Origin: Clostridiales bacterium
GTDB lineage: Bacteria > Bacillota > Clostridia > Lachnospirales > Lachnospiraceae
Reading direction: 5' to 3'
Length of the DNA: 64,000 nucleotides
Assembly (NCBI GenBank): GCA_012523775.1
Contig: JAAYTK010000074.1
Coordinates: 7,055-71,054, forward strand
Shown: positions 49,683 to 59,071 of the stretch, one piece after another
Layout: every line of letters begins with the position of its first letter
How positions within the stretch are numbered: position 1 is the stretch's first letter
The notes under the pieces: model-generated
Told to the model about the DNA's origin: nothing
What the model saw: the letters and a program-made list of their open reading frames with translations, nothing else
The model's database searches: none
Program-made: the position numbers and the translations under genes

Positions 49683-52118
49683 ATGTCAATAAAAAAATCT
49701 CTGAGAACCATATTGATAATATCCTCAATTATACCTGTGGTTATTGTATCTGTTGTTGCACAGGGATTATTATCACATCGCTTGATACAAATACAAGAAT
49801 CTAATTTAATGCAGGCTGCCGAGCTTAACCGCTCGGGTCTTGAGGCTATGATAGAAACCCACAAGACAGAGATTGGAATGCTGTCCCATGACAGTAGTGT
49901 GAAGACCCTCATTGGTTCGGAAAATCAAGCGGATTCATTATTATCCGATACAGTAAATTCTTTGTTATACGACAGAAAAAAGATTAATCCATACTGTCGT
50001 TCTCTTACCTTATATAATAAAGACAGACAGGCAGTTGCCAGTTCTGATTCAAATATTATCGGAGATGACGGCAAATTCAACTTAACTCTGTCCTATATGT
50101 TTGCCACCAAAAAGGCAGCCGTAGGGGTCAGCGGTTTCATAGATAATGCAATCGAAATCGGTTATCCTGTTCTGAACGATGATTTCTACAGCCCACCGTC
50201 GGGCTACATAGTCAGTATATTAAATATATCCTATTTTGATAATTTTCTTGACGCAGTAACCTTTGGGGATACAGGCGAGGCCGTTCTAATGGACCGACAT
50301 GGGGTTATCCTGTATCATCCTGACGAATCCCTGATAGGCACTACCGTCACCTCACCACGGTTTCAGTCTGTTGTAGATGACTATAATAGGGGTACGATAC
50401 CGTCCAGCGGATCATTTGAATATTATTATGATAATGCCAATCGAATATATGGTTATAGTGTTATTCCCGAAATGGACTGGGTCTTATTCGTAAAGCAGGA
50501 TGTATCTGAGATTTGGTCCATGACAAGTCTGATATTGACACTGTTAATATTTATCTGTGCGGTATTGTTAATATTTATAATTATATTCGCTCATTCACTG
50601 TCTAAGAGATATACCGAGCCCATAATAGCACTAAGAGATGCAATGCGTACGGCCTCCGATGGAGACCTGGCCGTTCAAACCAACATAAAGAGTAAGAATG
50701 AGCTGGGTGAATTGTCTAAGAATTTTAATAAGATGCTGCATATTATTAGGACTAACTATGAGGATTTAGCCTCAATGCACGAGGAGCTTCTTGCCAATGA
50801 GGAGCAGCTTAGAAACAATTATGATCATATAGAGTATCTTGCTTATCATGATACCTTGACTAATCTCCCTAACAAGCTGGCTTTTCTCGATTATGTCATA
50901 GCCGCGTTGCTTTCTTCACCGGAGGATAACAAATCCCATGCCGTATACTTTGTCGATCTTGACAATTTCAAGACCGTAAACGATACTCTCGGTCACGAAT
51001 ATGGCGATTCTCTGCTAATACATACGGCTAAGATACTGACCTCTATCGGAGAAAACAGTATGCTTGCGAGGGCCGGCGGAGACGAATTCCTTATATTCAG
51101 AGAAAACATCGCTTCTAAGGAAGAGGCTTTGGAATATGCAGATAATATAATTAAGCGGTTTAATGATCCTATAGAAATCGACGGTGAGTTTATATACTTA
51201 TCCATGAGCATAGGAATTGCCATATATCCCGATAACGGTCTTTCTCCCAACGCATTAATAAAAAATGCCGATATTGCCATGTATAGATCCAAGGATACCG
51301 GAAAAAACAAATACACCCTATTTGATTCAAAGATGGAGGAGGAGCTTAATCGAAACACCAGCATAATCGAAGTTCTGAGGGGAGCCATCGAGAATAGGGA
51401 CATCTATCTTCAATATCAACCACAAATTGAGCTGGCAACTAATACGATAATTGGTTTTGAGGCACTGATGAGAATCCGAAGTGATACTTTAGGTTTTCTA
51501 ACTCCTGAGGAGTTCATACCGGTTGCGGAGGAAAGCGGATTAATTATTGAATTAAGTGCCTGGTTGATTAGGGAAGCCTGCCGCTTTAATAAGATGCTGA
51601 TAGACCATGGTATTACTCCCAGACGTGTTGCGGTAAATATCTCTTCTCTACAGATAAATCGTCCGGGATTCGTTGAATTTCTATCGGATGTCTTAGATGA
51701 GACAGGCCTACCTCCCGAGTACCTGGTAATCGAAATCACAGAGAGCACTCTGGTATCCTCTATAGTTGATGCCTCTGAACTTTTACATAATCTTCAGAAA
51801 CTGGGAGTCAAAATCTCTCTGGATGACTTCGGTACCGGATATTCATCACTAAATTATCTTACAAAAATGCCTATAGATACTCTTAAAATAGATAAATCCT
51901 TTATTGATAATATATGTACAAATAAAAAGGATGCACATATAGCAGAGTCAATTATCGGACTCGCCCATAGCCTGAAAATCAAGGTGGTTGCAGAGGGTGT
52001 GGAGACCAAAGAGCAACTGGAGCTGTTAAGAGAAAAGAAATGCGACATAGTACAGGGCTATGTATTCTATACTCCACTCCATCCGGAGGAATTAGAGGAT
52101 TTGATTAAACGCCAATAA
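49683..52118 (+). CDS. Membrane-bound dCache-HAMP-GGDEF-EAL c-di-GMP enzyme
   Basis: Two TM segments flanking a Cache-like domain, then HAMP, DLDNFKTVNDTLGH, GGDEF, EAL, QINRP and DDFGTGYSSL. Confidence 0.93.
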   Translation: MSIKKSLRTILIISSIIPVVIVSVVAQGLLSHRLIQIQESNLMQAAELNRSGLEAMIETHKTEIGMLSHDSSVKTLIGSENQADSLLSDTVNSLLYDRKKINPYCRSLTLYNKDRQAVASSDSNIIGDDGKFNLTLSYMFATKKAAVGVSGFIDNAIEIGYPVLNDDFYSPPSGYIVSILNISYFDNFLDAVTFGDTGEAVLMDRHGVILYHPDESLIGTTVTSPRFQSVVDDYNRGTIPSSGSFEYYYDNANRIYGYSVIPEMDWVLFVKQDVSEIWSMTSLILTLLIFICAVLLIFIIIFAHSLSKRYTEPIIALRDAMRTASDGDLAVQTNIKSKNELGELSKNFNKMLHIIRTNYEDLASMHEELLANEEQLRNNYDHIEYLAYHDTLTNLPNKLAFLDYVIAALLSSPEDNKSHAVYFVDLDNFKTVNDTLGHEYGDSLLIHTAKILTSIGENSMLARAGGDEFLIFRENIASKEEALEYADNIIKRFNDPIEIDGEFIYLSMSIGIAIYPDNGLSPNALIKNADIAMYRSKDTGKNKYTLFDSKMEEELNRNTSIIEVLRGAIENRDIYLQYQPQIELATNTIIGFEALMRIRSDTLGFLTPEEFIPVAEESGLIIELSAWLIREACRFNKMLIDHGITPRRVAVNISSLQINRPGFVEFLSDVLDETGLPPEYLVIEITESTLVSSIVDASELLHNLQKLGVKISLDDFGTGYSSLNYLTKMPIDTLKIDKSFIDNICTNKKDAHIAESIIGLAHSLKIKVVAEGVETKEQLELLREKKCDIVQGYVFYTPLHPEELEDLIKRQ

Positions 52119-52147
52119 TAATAAGGGGCTTTCGCCCCTTATTTTTT
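52117..52147. terminator. Bidirectional terminator (GGDEF/EAL gene / fba)
   Basis: AATAAGGGGC-TTTC-GCCCCTTATT-TTTT. Confidence 0.8.
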
Positions 52148-52168
52148 ACTGCAAATATTCTTAATGTA

Positions 52169-53107
52169 TTATTTTGCTGCGCCTGCGCTTCCCAATACAT
52201 TTACAATCTTATGCCTTACTAATTTCTTGATATTCTCTCTGCCTACTGTCAGATACTGTCTGGGATCGAAATGACTCGGATTGTTTGTAAGATGCTCTCT
52301 TATTCCTGCAGTAAATGCAAGCCTTAAGTCTGAGTCAATATTAATCTTACATACCGCCATTCTGGCAGCTTTTCTAAGCATTTCCTCAGGAATACCAATC
52401 GCATCATCCAGTTTACCGCCATTTTCAGATATGATTTTAACGTATTCCTGTGATACTGATGAAGCACCGTGTAAAACAATAGGGAAATTAGGTAATCTTC
52501 TCTCAATCTCCTCTAATATATCAAAACGAAGCTGAGGCTTCTGACCGGGCTTGAATTTGAATGCGCCGTGACTTGTTCCGATGGCTATTGCAAGGGAATC
52601 TACTCCGGTACGGGATACAAACTCTTCTACCTCTTCCGGTTTAGTATATGAAGCATCCTCTTCACTTACATTAACATCGTCCTCTATACCTGCCAGCTTA
52701 CCAAGCTCTCCCTCTACGGTTACGCCTCTTTCATGAGCATAATCAACTACCTTTTTGGTTAGCATGATATTGTCCTCAAAACTGTGCTTTGAACCATCTA
52801 TCATAACGGAGGTAAAGCCACCGTCTATACAGGCCTTGCATATTTCAAAATCCTCACCATGATCCAGATGAAGTGCTATAGGAAGATCGGTCTCTAATAA
52901 AGCCGCCTCAACTAATTTAACAAGGTAATTATGTCTGGCATATTTTCTTGCTCCTGCAGAAACCTGTAGTATAATTGGAGAATTTTCTTCCTTCGCAGCT
53001 TCCGTGATGCCCTGAATTATTTCCATGTTATTTACATTGAATGCTCCTATAGCATATCCGCCGGCATAAGCCTTTTCGAACATTTCCTTTGTAGTAACTA
53101 ATGCCAT
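52169..53107 (-). CDS. fba: Class II fructose-1,6-bisphosphate aldolase
   Basis: AIGAFNVNN, LHLDHG, SVMIDGS, VEGELG, IGTSHGAFK, VLHGASS and KINIDSD motifs. Start ATG 53107. Confidence 0.96.
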   Translation of the reverse strand: MALVTTKEMFEKAYAGGYAIGAFNVNNMEIIQGITEAAKEENSPIILQVSAGARKYARHNYLVKLVEAALLETDLPIALHLDHGEDFEICKACIDGGFTSVMIDGSKHSFEDNIMLTKKVVDYAHERGVTVEGELGKLAGIEDDVNVSEEDASYTKPEEVEEFVSRTGVDSLAIAIGTSHGAFKFKPGQKPQLRFDILEEIERRLPNFPIVLHGASSVSQEYVKIISENGGKLDDAIGIPEEMLRKAARMAVCKINIDSDLRLAFTAGIREHLTNNPSHFDPRQYLTVGRENIKKLVRHKIVNVLGSAGAAK

Positions 53108-53296
53108 AAAACTATCATTCCTTTCCATTTCGTAAAATTTTTAACATATAAAGCTTTTTCTATTATACCACAAATAAATTTCTTGCAAAGTAATTTTTAC
53201 AAATATTATATATAGAAGGCTTTGATGTTCGTTGCCAATTGCTTCTTGATTAATTATTGCTATAGATATAAAATATATTCATTAGAAGGAGGACTT

Positions 53297-53770
53297 ATGA
53301 AAGCAAAACGAGTTAAAGAATCTATAACCGAACAGGTTCATATTGTGATGCCGTTTCATATAAGCCAAGGCGACCGTCTGTTCGGCGGACAGCTGTTGGC
53401 TTGGATTGATGAGGTATCCGCCGTGACTGCCAGGCGTCACTGTGGTCGTGATGTCACAACAGCCGCCATCGATAACCTCCAATTTAAAGCCGCTGTGCAT
53501 TTGAACAATATAGTGGTATTAATCGGCAGAGTAACCTATGTCGGAAAAACTTCCATGGAGATTAGGGTCGACACCTATGTGGAGGATCATCTTTCAGGAA
53601 CAAGGAAGGTAGTCAATAGGGCATATCTTGTCATGGTAGCTCTGGATGAAAACGATAAGCCCACTGAGGTACCCCGTCTTATTCTTGAGACCGAGTCCGA
53701 GCATGCCGAATGGGAAGCAGGATTCCGAAGAAAACAGCTTCGCAGCGAAAGGCGGATAGAAGGATACTAA
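53297..53770 (+). CDS. Hotdog-fold acyl-CoA thioesterase (YciA-like)
   Basis: LFGGQLLAWIDEV, VTTAAIDNLQF, GKTSMEIRV and VALDENDKP motifs. Start ATG 53297 (SD GGAGG). Confidence 0.9.
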   Translation: MKAKRVKESITEQVHIVMPFHISQGDRLFGGQLLAWIDEVSAVTARRHCGRDVTTAAIDNLQFKAAVHLNNIVVLIGRVTYVGKTSMEIRVDTYVEDHLSGTRKVVNRAYLVMVALDENDKPTEVPRLILETESEHAEWEAGFRRKQLRSERRIEGY

Positions 53771-54594
53771 ACAGATGCTCCATGAATATGTCTGATATAA
53801 AAGAACATATATTGCTGAATGATTCCGGCATATCCGTTATACTGTGTCGGATCAAATTTATCCTGATAATACTCAGACAATACTCTCTTCATCCAGACAT
53901 CTATAGGGAATGCCTCTATATGATGTAAGCCAAAAAGTGACACGCAATTTGCCACCTTGTCTCCTACTCCACGTAAGCTTTTTAAAGATTTTACCGCCAC
54001 ATCATTATCGCAGGCGATAAGAGCTTTTAAATCAATCTTTCCTGAGGCTACTGCACGGGCTGCTCCGATTATATACTCGTCTCTATAGCCTAATTTTAGA
54101 GCCCGAAGATCCTCCTTTTTGGCATCCGCAAGAATCTCCGGTTTAGGAAAGGTATAATATACGACACCCTTTGAACTATCACTTTGACGTTCACCATAAG
54201 CCTCACATATCCTTTCGATACAACTCTTAATCGAAGGAATATTCTTGTTCTGAGAGATTATAAAGCTTATTAGTGTTTCAAAAGGATCCTGCCTCAATAT
54301 TCGTATTCCGCTTCCATATGAAGCTGCTTTTCTTAAAAAATCATCGGGGCCATCGATCAGCCTGTCAACTATAGTGCCATAATCAAACTCAAGATCAAAA
54401 TAATCCTTCCATATCAACTCATAATCTTTCTCACTGCAAGAAATCTCTATAACATCATCTTCCAGCTGCTGAAGCTCTATGTAACGATTAAACGCTATTA
54501 AGCCGTGTGTATTATGTGCTGTCTGATTCATACGAAAGCACTGACCGGAATCTGCAATCTGTTTAATGTTAAAATTTTTATTTCTAATTCTCAT
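53767..54594 (-). CDS. ogg: 8-oxoguanine DNA glycosylase (OGG1-like, HhH-GPD)
   Basis: SGQCFRM, RILRQDPFE, LGYRD, HhH LRGVGDKVANC (catalytic Lys) and FPIDVW. Start ATG 54594 (SD GAGGG). Confidence 0.9.
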   Translation of the reverse strand: MRIRNKNFNIKQIADSGQCFRMNQTAHNTHGLIAFNRYIELQQLEDDVIEISCSEKDYELIWKDYFDLEFDYGTIVDRLIDGPDDFLRKAASYGSGIRILRQDPFETLISFIISQNKNIPSIKSCIERICEAYGERQSDSSKGVVYYTFPKPEILADAKKEDLRALKLGYRDEYIIGAARAVASGKIDLKALIACDNDVAVKSLKSLRGVGDKVANCVSLFGLHHIEAFPIDVWMKRVLSEYYQDKFDPTQYNGYAGIIQQYMFFYIRHIHGASV

Positions 54595-54841
54595 TGTTCC
54601 CTCTTTCGGTAATAAATAGTGTTTTACATTCTTCATTATAAAAGTGTTCATAATATTCTACAAGTGTAATATTTTTCTCAATAAGCAGTATGCTGAATAT
54701 GGTATTGAAAAAAATATTGGTTTTATATATAAATATTGACAATATAGCCCTGACAAGTATAGAATAATTGTTAGAGTTTTCAATGCTTTAGCGTGTAAAA
54801 GTATTGATTATGAAAATAACTATAGAAAAGTGAGGGATAAT

Positions 54842-56128
54842 ATGAGCCATACTTCTTACAACCCCTATGAATCAGCAAAAAAGCAATTTGATCATGTTGC
54901 AGACCAAATCGGACTCGATACGTCAATCCGTGAGCTTTTAAGGCAGCCCAGCAAAGAATTCCATTTTACCATTCCTGTAAAGATGGACGATGGAACTACT
55001 AAGGTGTTTAACGGATATCGAATTCAGCATAATGATGCCAGAGGCCCCGCAAAGGGAGGTATACGTTTTCATCCACAGGAAACTGTTGATACGATTCGTG
55101 CCCTATCCATGTGGATGACATGGAAATGTGCCGTTGTAGATATACCCTTAGGCGGAGGAAAGGGCGGTATTATCTGTGACCCCCATACATTATCAAAGGG
55201 AGAACAGGAAAGACTATGCCGTGGCTATATAAGGCAGCTTTATAAGAATATGGGTCCTAATATGGATGTACCTGCTCCTGATGTAATGTCCAACGGACAG
55301 CATATGCTTTGGATGTTGGACGAGTATGAGACTATCGCAGGGGAACGCTTTCCGGGAGCAATTACCGGTAAACCTGTCGGAATGGGCGGTTCACTCGGTC
55401 GTACCGAAGCAACGGGATATGGCGTTATATATACCTTAAGAGAAGCGTTAAAGAAATTAAATATAGACATAGCTTCAACGACCGCAAGCCTACAGGGCTT
55501 TGGTAATGTTGCCGAATACGCTGCAAGGTTATATACAAGCATGGGCGGTAAGATAATTGCCATTTCCTGCTGGGATAATAATGATAAGACAGCATATACC
55601 TACAGAAAGACCGATGGCATTGATATCGAGCAGATGACCGGTATTAAGGATGCTTTTGGTACAATCGACAAGCAAAAGGCTTTAGCATTAGGCTATAAGC
55701 TGCTTGACGGTGATGCGTGGATAGCTCAGGATGTAGATATTTTGCTGCCATGTGCCTTGGAGAATCAGATTACACCGGATACATTCGTAAAGATCAGTAA
55801 GCAGGTAAGGGTTATTTGCGAAGGTGCCAATGGTCCTACTACACCGGATTGTGATGAGCTTATTAAGGAAAGAGGAATATATCTGATTCCGGATTTCTTG
55901 TGCAATGCAGGCGGTGTAACCTGTAGTTATTTCGAACAGGTACAGTGTAATATGAACTATTTCTGGACCAAAGAAGAAGTGCTTGAGAAGTTGGATAATA
56001 TAATGACAAAGGCATTCCATGCCGTTCACAATCTTGCACAGGAAAAGAATCTTTATATGCGTGATGCCGCGTATGTCATCTCAATTAATCGTGTGGCTGA
56101 GGCTGTCAAGCTTCGCGGATGGATTTAA
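54842..56128 (+). CDS. gdhA: Glutamate dehydrogenase (Glu/Leu/Phe/Val DH family)
   Basis: GPAKGGIRF, GGGKGG, DVPAPD, ITGKP..GGSLGRTEATG, QGFGNV, EGANGP and NAGGVTCSYFE motifs. Start ATG 54842 or GTG 54830. Confidence 0.95.
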   Translation: MSHTSYNPYESAKKQFDHVADQIGLDTSIRELLRQPSKEFHFTIPVKMDDGTTKVFNGYRIQHNDARGPAKGGIRFHPQETVDTIRALSMWMTWKCAVVDIPLGGGKGGIICDPHTLSKGEQERLCRGYIRQLYKNMGPNMDVPAPDVMSNGQHMLWMLDEYETIAGERFPGAITGKPVGMGGSLGRTEATGYGVIYTLREALKKLNIDIASTTASLQGFGNVAEYAARLYTSMGGKIIAISCWDNNDKTAYTYRKTDGIDIEQMTGIKDAFGTIDKQKALALGYKLLDGDAWIAQDVDILLPCALENQITPDTFVKISKQVRVICEGANGPTTPDCDELIKERGIYLIPDFLCNAGGVTCSYFEQVQCNMNYFWTKEEVLEKLDNIMTKAFHAVHNLAQEKNLYMRDAAYVISINRVAEAVKLRGWI

Positions 56129-56131
56129 GTG

Positions 56132-56160
56132 TTGACATTGTCTATATAATCACTTATAAT
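56132..56160 (+). promoter_or_regulatory. Perfect consensus sigma-A promoter for niaX
   Basis: TTGACA (56132-56137), 17 nt, TATAAT (56155-56160). Confidence 0.85.
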
Positions 56161-56161
56161 A

Positions 56162-56191
56162 CTGCTGACATGACAGCTATCATGTCAGCAG
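56162..56191. promoter_or_regulatory. 12-bp perfect inverted repeat, candidate NiaR-type operator
   Basis: CTGCTGACATGA-CAGCTA-TCATGTCAGCAG spans the predicted +1, just upstream of the SD. Confidence 0.55.
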
Positions 56192-56206
56192 AGGATGGTG
56201 AATAGT

Positions 56207-56785
56207 ATGGACAATTCAAATAAAAATAATAAAGTAAAGATTATGACGATATCCGCACTTCTTTGTGCACTGGGAATATTAATACCAATGACTTTTCCTA
56301 AAATAGTTGTAGAGCCCGCGTCATATACATTGGCAAGCCATGTGCCTATATTTATAGCAATATTTATATCTCCTGTTGTGGCTACTTTTGTAGCTATTAT
56401 ATCAACACTGGGCTTCTTAGTGGCAGGCTTTGCCCCCGTGATAGTACTCAGGGCTTTGTCACATTTGCTATTTGCATTGATTGGTGCATTTATATTAAAG
56501 AAGTATAACCATATGCTACAATCCTTCAAAAGCACAGCTCTATACGCAGTCATTATATCTCTGTTACATGGAGCAGCCGAGGTAGCAGTTGTAACATATT
56601 TTTATAACGTCAGTGGTGTAACACAGGGATTCTATGATAAGGGATATTTTATCTCCGTAATAATTCTTGTAGGAGTGGGAACTCTGATTCATAGTATAAT
56701 TGATTTTGCTATTGCTACATTTGTGTGGATACCCTTGCAGAAGGTCATATCAATACCTGCAAATGCCAGAATAAAAATCAAATAA
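56207..56785 (+). CDS. niaX: ECF transporter S-component, NiaX (niacin)-like
   Basis: ALLCALGILIP..EPASYTLASHVPIFIAIFISP..LRALSH..HGAAE..GTLIHSIIDF; about six TM helices. Start ATG 56207 preferred over 56195 on SD spacing. Confidence 0.75.
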   Translation: MDNSNKNNKVKIMTISALLCALGILIPMTFPKIVVEPASYTLASHVPIFIAIFISPVVATFVAIISTLGFLVAGFAPVIVLRALSHLLFALIGAFILKKYNHMLQSFKSTALYAVIISLLHGAAEVAVVTYFYNVSGVTQGFYDKGYFISVIILVGVGTLIHSIIDFAIATFVWIPLQKVISIPANARIKIK

Positions 56786-56815
56786 TAATGGCGCCAAGCT
56801 TTTTAGGATAATTAT

Positions 56816-56848
56816 GGGGAGTATCGATTTGTCGATGCTCCCTCTTTA
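56816..56848 (+). terminator. Terminator after niaX
   Basis: GGGGAGTATCGA-TTTG-TCGATGCTCCCT-CTTT. Confidence 0.7.
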
Positions 56849-56929
56849 TGCCTTATAAACGGGAAAATGGTTGTCAGGAAACCGAATCTAATTTATAATT
56901 AAGAAAGCGTTTGAACTGGGAGGCCGAAT

Positions 56930-57370
56930 ATGTACAGATCGTCAGATAAAAATGAAATCAAGGGAAATAAGCCGGAATGGATTAATCGTTTATATCCGAT
57001 TGTGATGATTGCTATTATATATCTTGTTTTTTTTGCTCTTGACATAGGCTGTCCCATTAAATTCTTTACGGGAATTTCCTGCCCCGGCTGTGGTATGACA
57101 AGAGCCGTGTGGTCGGCTGTGAGACTACGATTTAATGAAGCTTTTTACTATCATCCTCTGTTTGGTCTTGTACCCATCATGTTTGTATTATATATATTTG
57201 GTTACAAAATAAAAACCCGCTATGTAAAGTACATATGGGCAGTAATAATAGCTCTGTTCTTGTTAGTCTATATAATTCGACTTCTATTTTACCCAAATAA
57301 TATAGTATTAATTGACATAAGCAACGGATTCATGTTAAAATTTATACAAAATAAAATCCTGGGAGGATGA
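56930..57370 (+). CDS. DUF2752-like membrane protein
   Basis: GCPIKFFTGISCPGCGMTRA..AFYYHPL signature with three TM segments. Confidence 0.85.
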   Translation: MYRSSDKNEIKGNKPEWINRLYPIVMIAIIYLVFFALDIGCPIKFFTGISCPGCGMTRAVWSAVRLRFNEAFYYHPLFGLVPIMFVLYIFGYKIKTRYVKYIWAVIIALFLLVYIIRLLFYPNNIVLIDISNGFMLKFIQNKILGG

Positions 57371-57373
57371 AAG

Positions 57374-57784
57374 ATGATTAAGCGTAGAAGTCTATTGACA
57401 CTAATTTTACTGTCTTTTATTACTTTTGGTATCTATGGTATTATATTTTGGTATAGCTATGCCGAAGATATGAACCGTATCTGCCAAGGGGACGGAAAGG
57501 AAACAAAGAACTTTATTATTGTAATTCTTCTATCAATTATAACATGTGGAATATACACTTATATATGGTATTATGGTATAGGTAACCGCTTAAGTGAAAA
57601 TGCTCCACGTTATAACACAAGCTTCCAAGAAAACGGAACCACTGTTTTACTTTGGATGATTATTGGTAGTGCACTCTGTGGAATAGGCCCCTTAATTGCC
57701 ATGCATATCCTAATTAAGAATATGAATGAACTCGGTGACCGTTATAACCAGATGTTCTATGGAAATAATGCTTATCAGCAGTAA
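57374..57784 (+). CDS. DUF4234-like membrane protein
   Basis: Two internal repeats ILLSFITFGIYGIFW / ILLSIITCGIYTYIWYY, plus ..NMNEL. Confidence 0.8.
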   Translation: MIKRRSLLTLILLSFITFGIYGIIFWYSYAEDMNRICQGDGKETKNFIIVILLSIITCGIYTYIWYYGIGNRLSENAPRYNTSFQENGTTVLLWMIIGSALCGIGPLIAMHILIKNMNELGDRYNQMFYGNNAYQQ

Positions 57785-57811
57785 AGATTTATAAACATAC
57801 ATAAAACTAAT

Positions 57812-57847
57812 AACAAGCTACAGTAATAACTTACTGTAGCTTGTTTT
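57812..57847. terminator. Bidirectional terminator
   Basis: AACAAGCTACAGTAA-TAAC-TTACTGTAGCTTGTT, a perfect 15-bp stem. Confidence 0.8.
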
Positions 57848-57862
57848 ATATCGCCATATTCA

Positions 57863-58426
57863 TCACCACTGATGATATACTATTATTCCTATAAGTCCTG
57901 TACCCAACATAATAAATATGGGGCTTGGTTTCCATTTCCTTAAGACAAACAGGGCAGCCGCAAATAAAATCACTGCTACTACATTAATATCCTCTAAATT
58001 TAATGTTATTCCCTTCGTATTCCAAAAAGCCAGCGATAATATTGACATTCCGGCAGAGCCTATTAACGCCACGACTGTCGGACGAATACCCTGTAGAATT
58101 CCCTGTACGATATTTAGCTTCTTATAACGAAAATAGAACCAAGCAAGAATCAGTACTATTATAAATGAAGGTGTCACACATCCAATCGTTGAAACAATCG
58201 AGCCGAGTATTCCGGCTATCTGATTGCCTACGAATGATGCCGAATTTATGGCAATCGGCCCCGGAGTCATCTCTGCAATGGTAACCAAATCCGTAAATTC
58301 CTGTAGAGTAAGCCAGCCGTTAATATCTACAATCTGTTCTTTAATTAACGGCAGTGCTGCATAACCGCCACCGATGCTAAATAATCCAATCTGAAGGAAG
58401 CTAATGAACAACTTAATGTAAATCAT
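57863..58426 (-). CDS. chrA: Short-chain chromate transporter (CHR family), subunit 2
   Basis: IGLFSIGGGYA, AEMTPGP and GIRPTVVALI motifs. Confidence 0.9.
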   Translation of the reverse strand: MIYIKLFISFLQIGLFSIGGGYAALPLIKEQIVDINGWLTLQEFTDLVTIAEMTPGPIAINSASFVGNQIAGILGSIVSTIGCVTPSFIIVLILAWFYFRYKKLNIVQGILQGIRPTVVALIGSAGMSILSLAFWNTKGITLNLEDINVVAVILFAAALFVLRKWKPSPIFIMLGTGLIGIIVYHQW

Positions 58427-58994
58427 GGTTCATTCCTCCTTTTCTAGTGCGATATAAAAACATTAGCATACCAATTAATCCGGAAGCCAATATAACTATT
58501 ATTACATTAACCTTAAAAAAGAATACCGCAATAAATGCAGTTATCATCATAATAATAGAAAAAATCTCTTTTTTCTTTATAACATTTCCGCTAAGTCCTA
58601 TAACCACATCAACTATTACAGCAGACACACCGGCCTGCATACCCTTAAGCATAGCACTTATATACATATTATCACGAAATTCCTGATAGAAAAACGAAAC
58701 AACAGTCAGAATAATCAGTGGAGGAAGCACAGTTCCGATAGTGGATAAGGCTGCTCCCAGTACTCCGGCAATCTTATAACCCACCATTATTGCCGTATTG
58801 ACTGCAATAGGCCCCGGAGATGACTGAGCTATGGCAATCATATTAAGCATCTCCTCTTCCTCAATCCACTTAAGTTGATTTACATATTTTTTCTTCATCA
58901 GCGGTACAATCACATATCCTCCACCAAATGTAAATGCGCTTAGCAAAAAGGCGGAGGAAAACAATGTCCAGTATGTCGGTAATTTTTTTCTCAT
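58413..58994 (-). CDS. chrA: Short-chain chromate transporter (CHR family), subunit 1
   Basis: AFTFGGGY, AQSSPGP and GTVLPP motifs. Overlaps the partner gene by 14 bp. Confidence 0.9.
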   Translation of the reverse strand: MRKKLPTYWTLFSSAFLLSAFTFGGGYVIVPLMKKKYVNQLKWIEEEEMLNMIAIAQSSPGPIAVNTAIMVGYKIAGVLGAALSTIGTVLPPLIILTVVSFFYQEFRDNMYISAMLKGMQAGVSAVIVDVVIGLSGNVIKKKEIFSIIMMITAFIAVFFFKVNVIIVILASGLIGMLMFLYRTRKGGMNHDLH

Positions 58995-59071
58995 ATCATG
59001 CCCTTCTCTTCTCTCGTAGTTTCTTATGTGTTACTGTAGTATCCGGATAAATGTATTCTTCCCTTCTTTGA

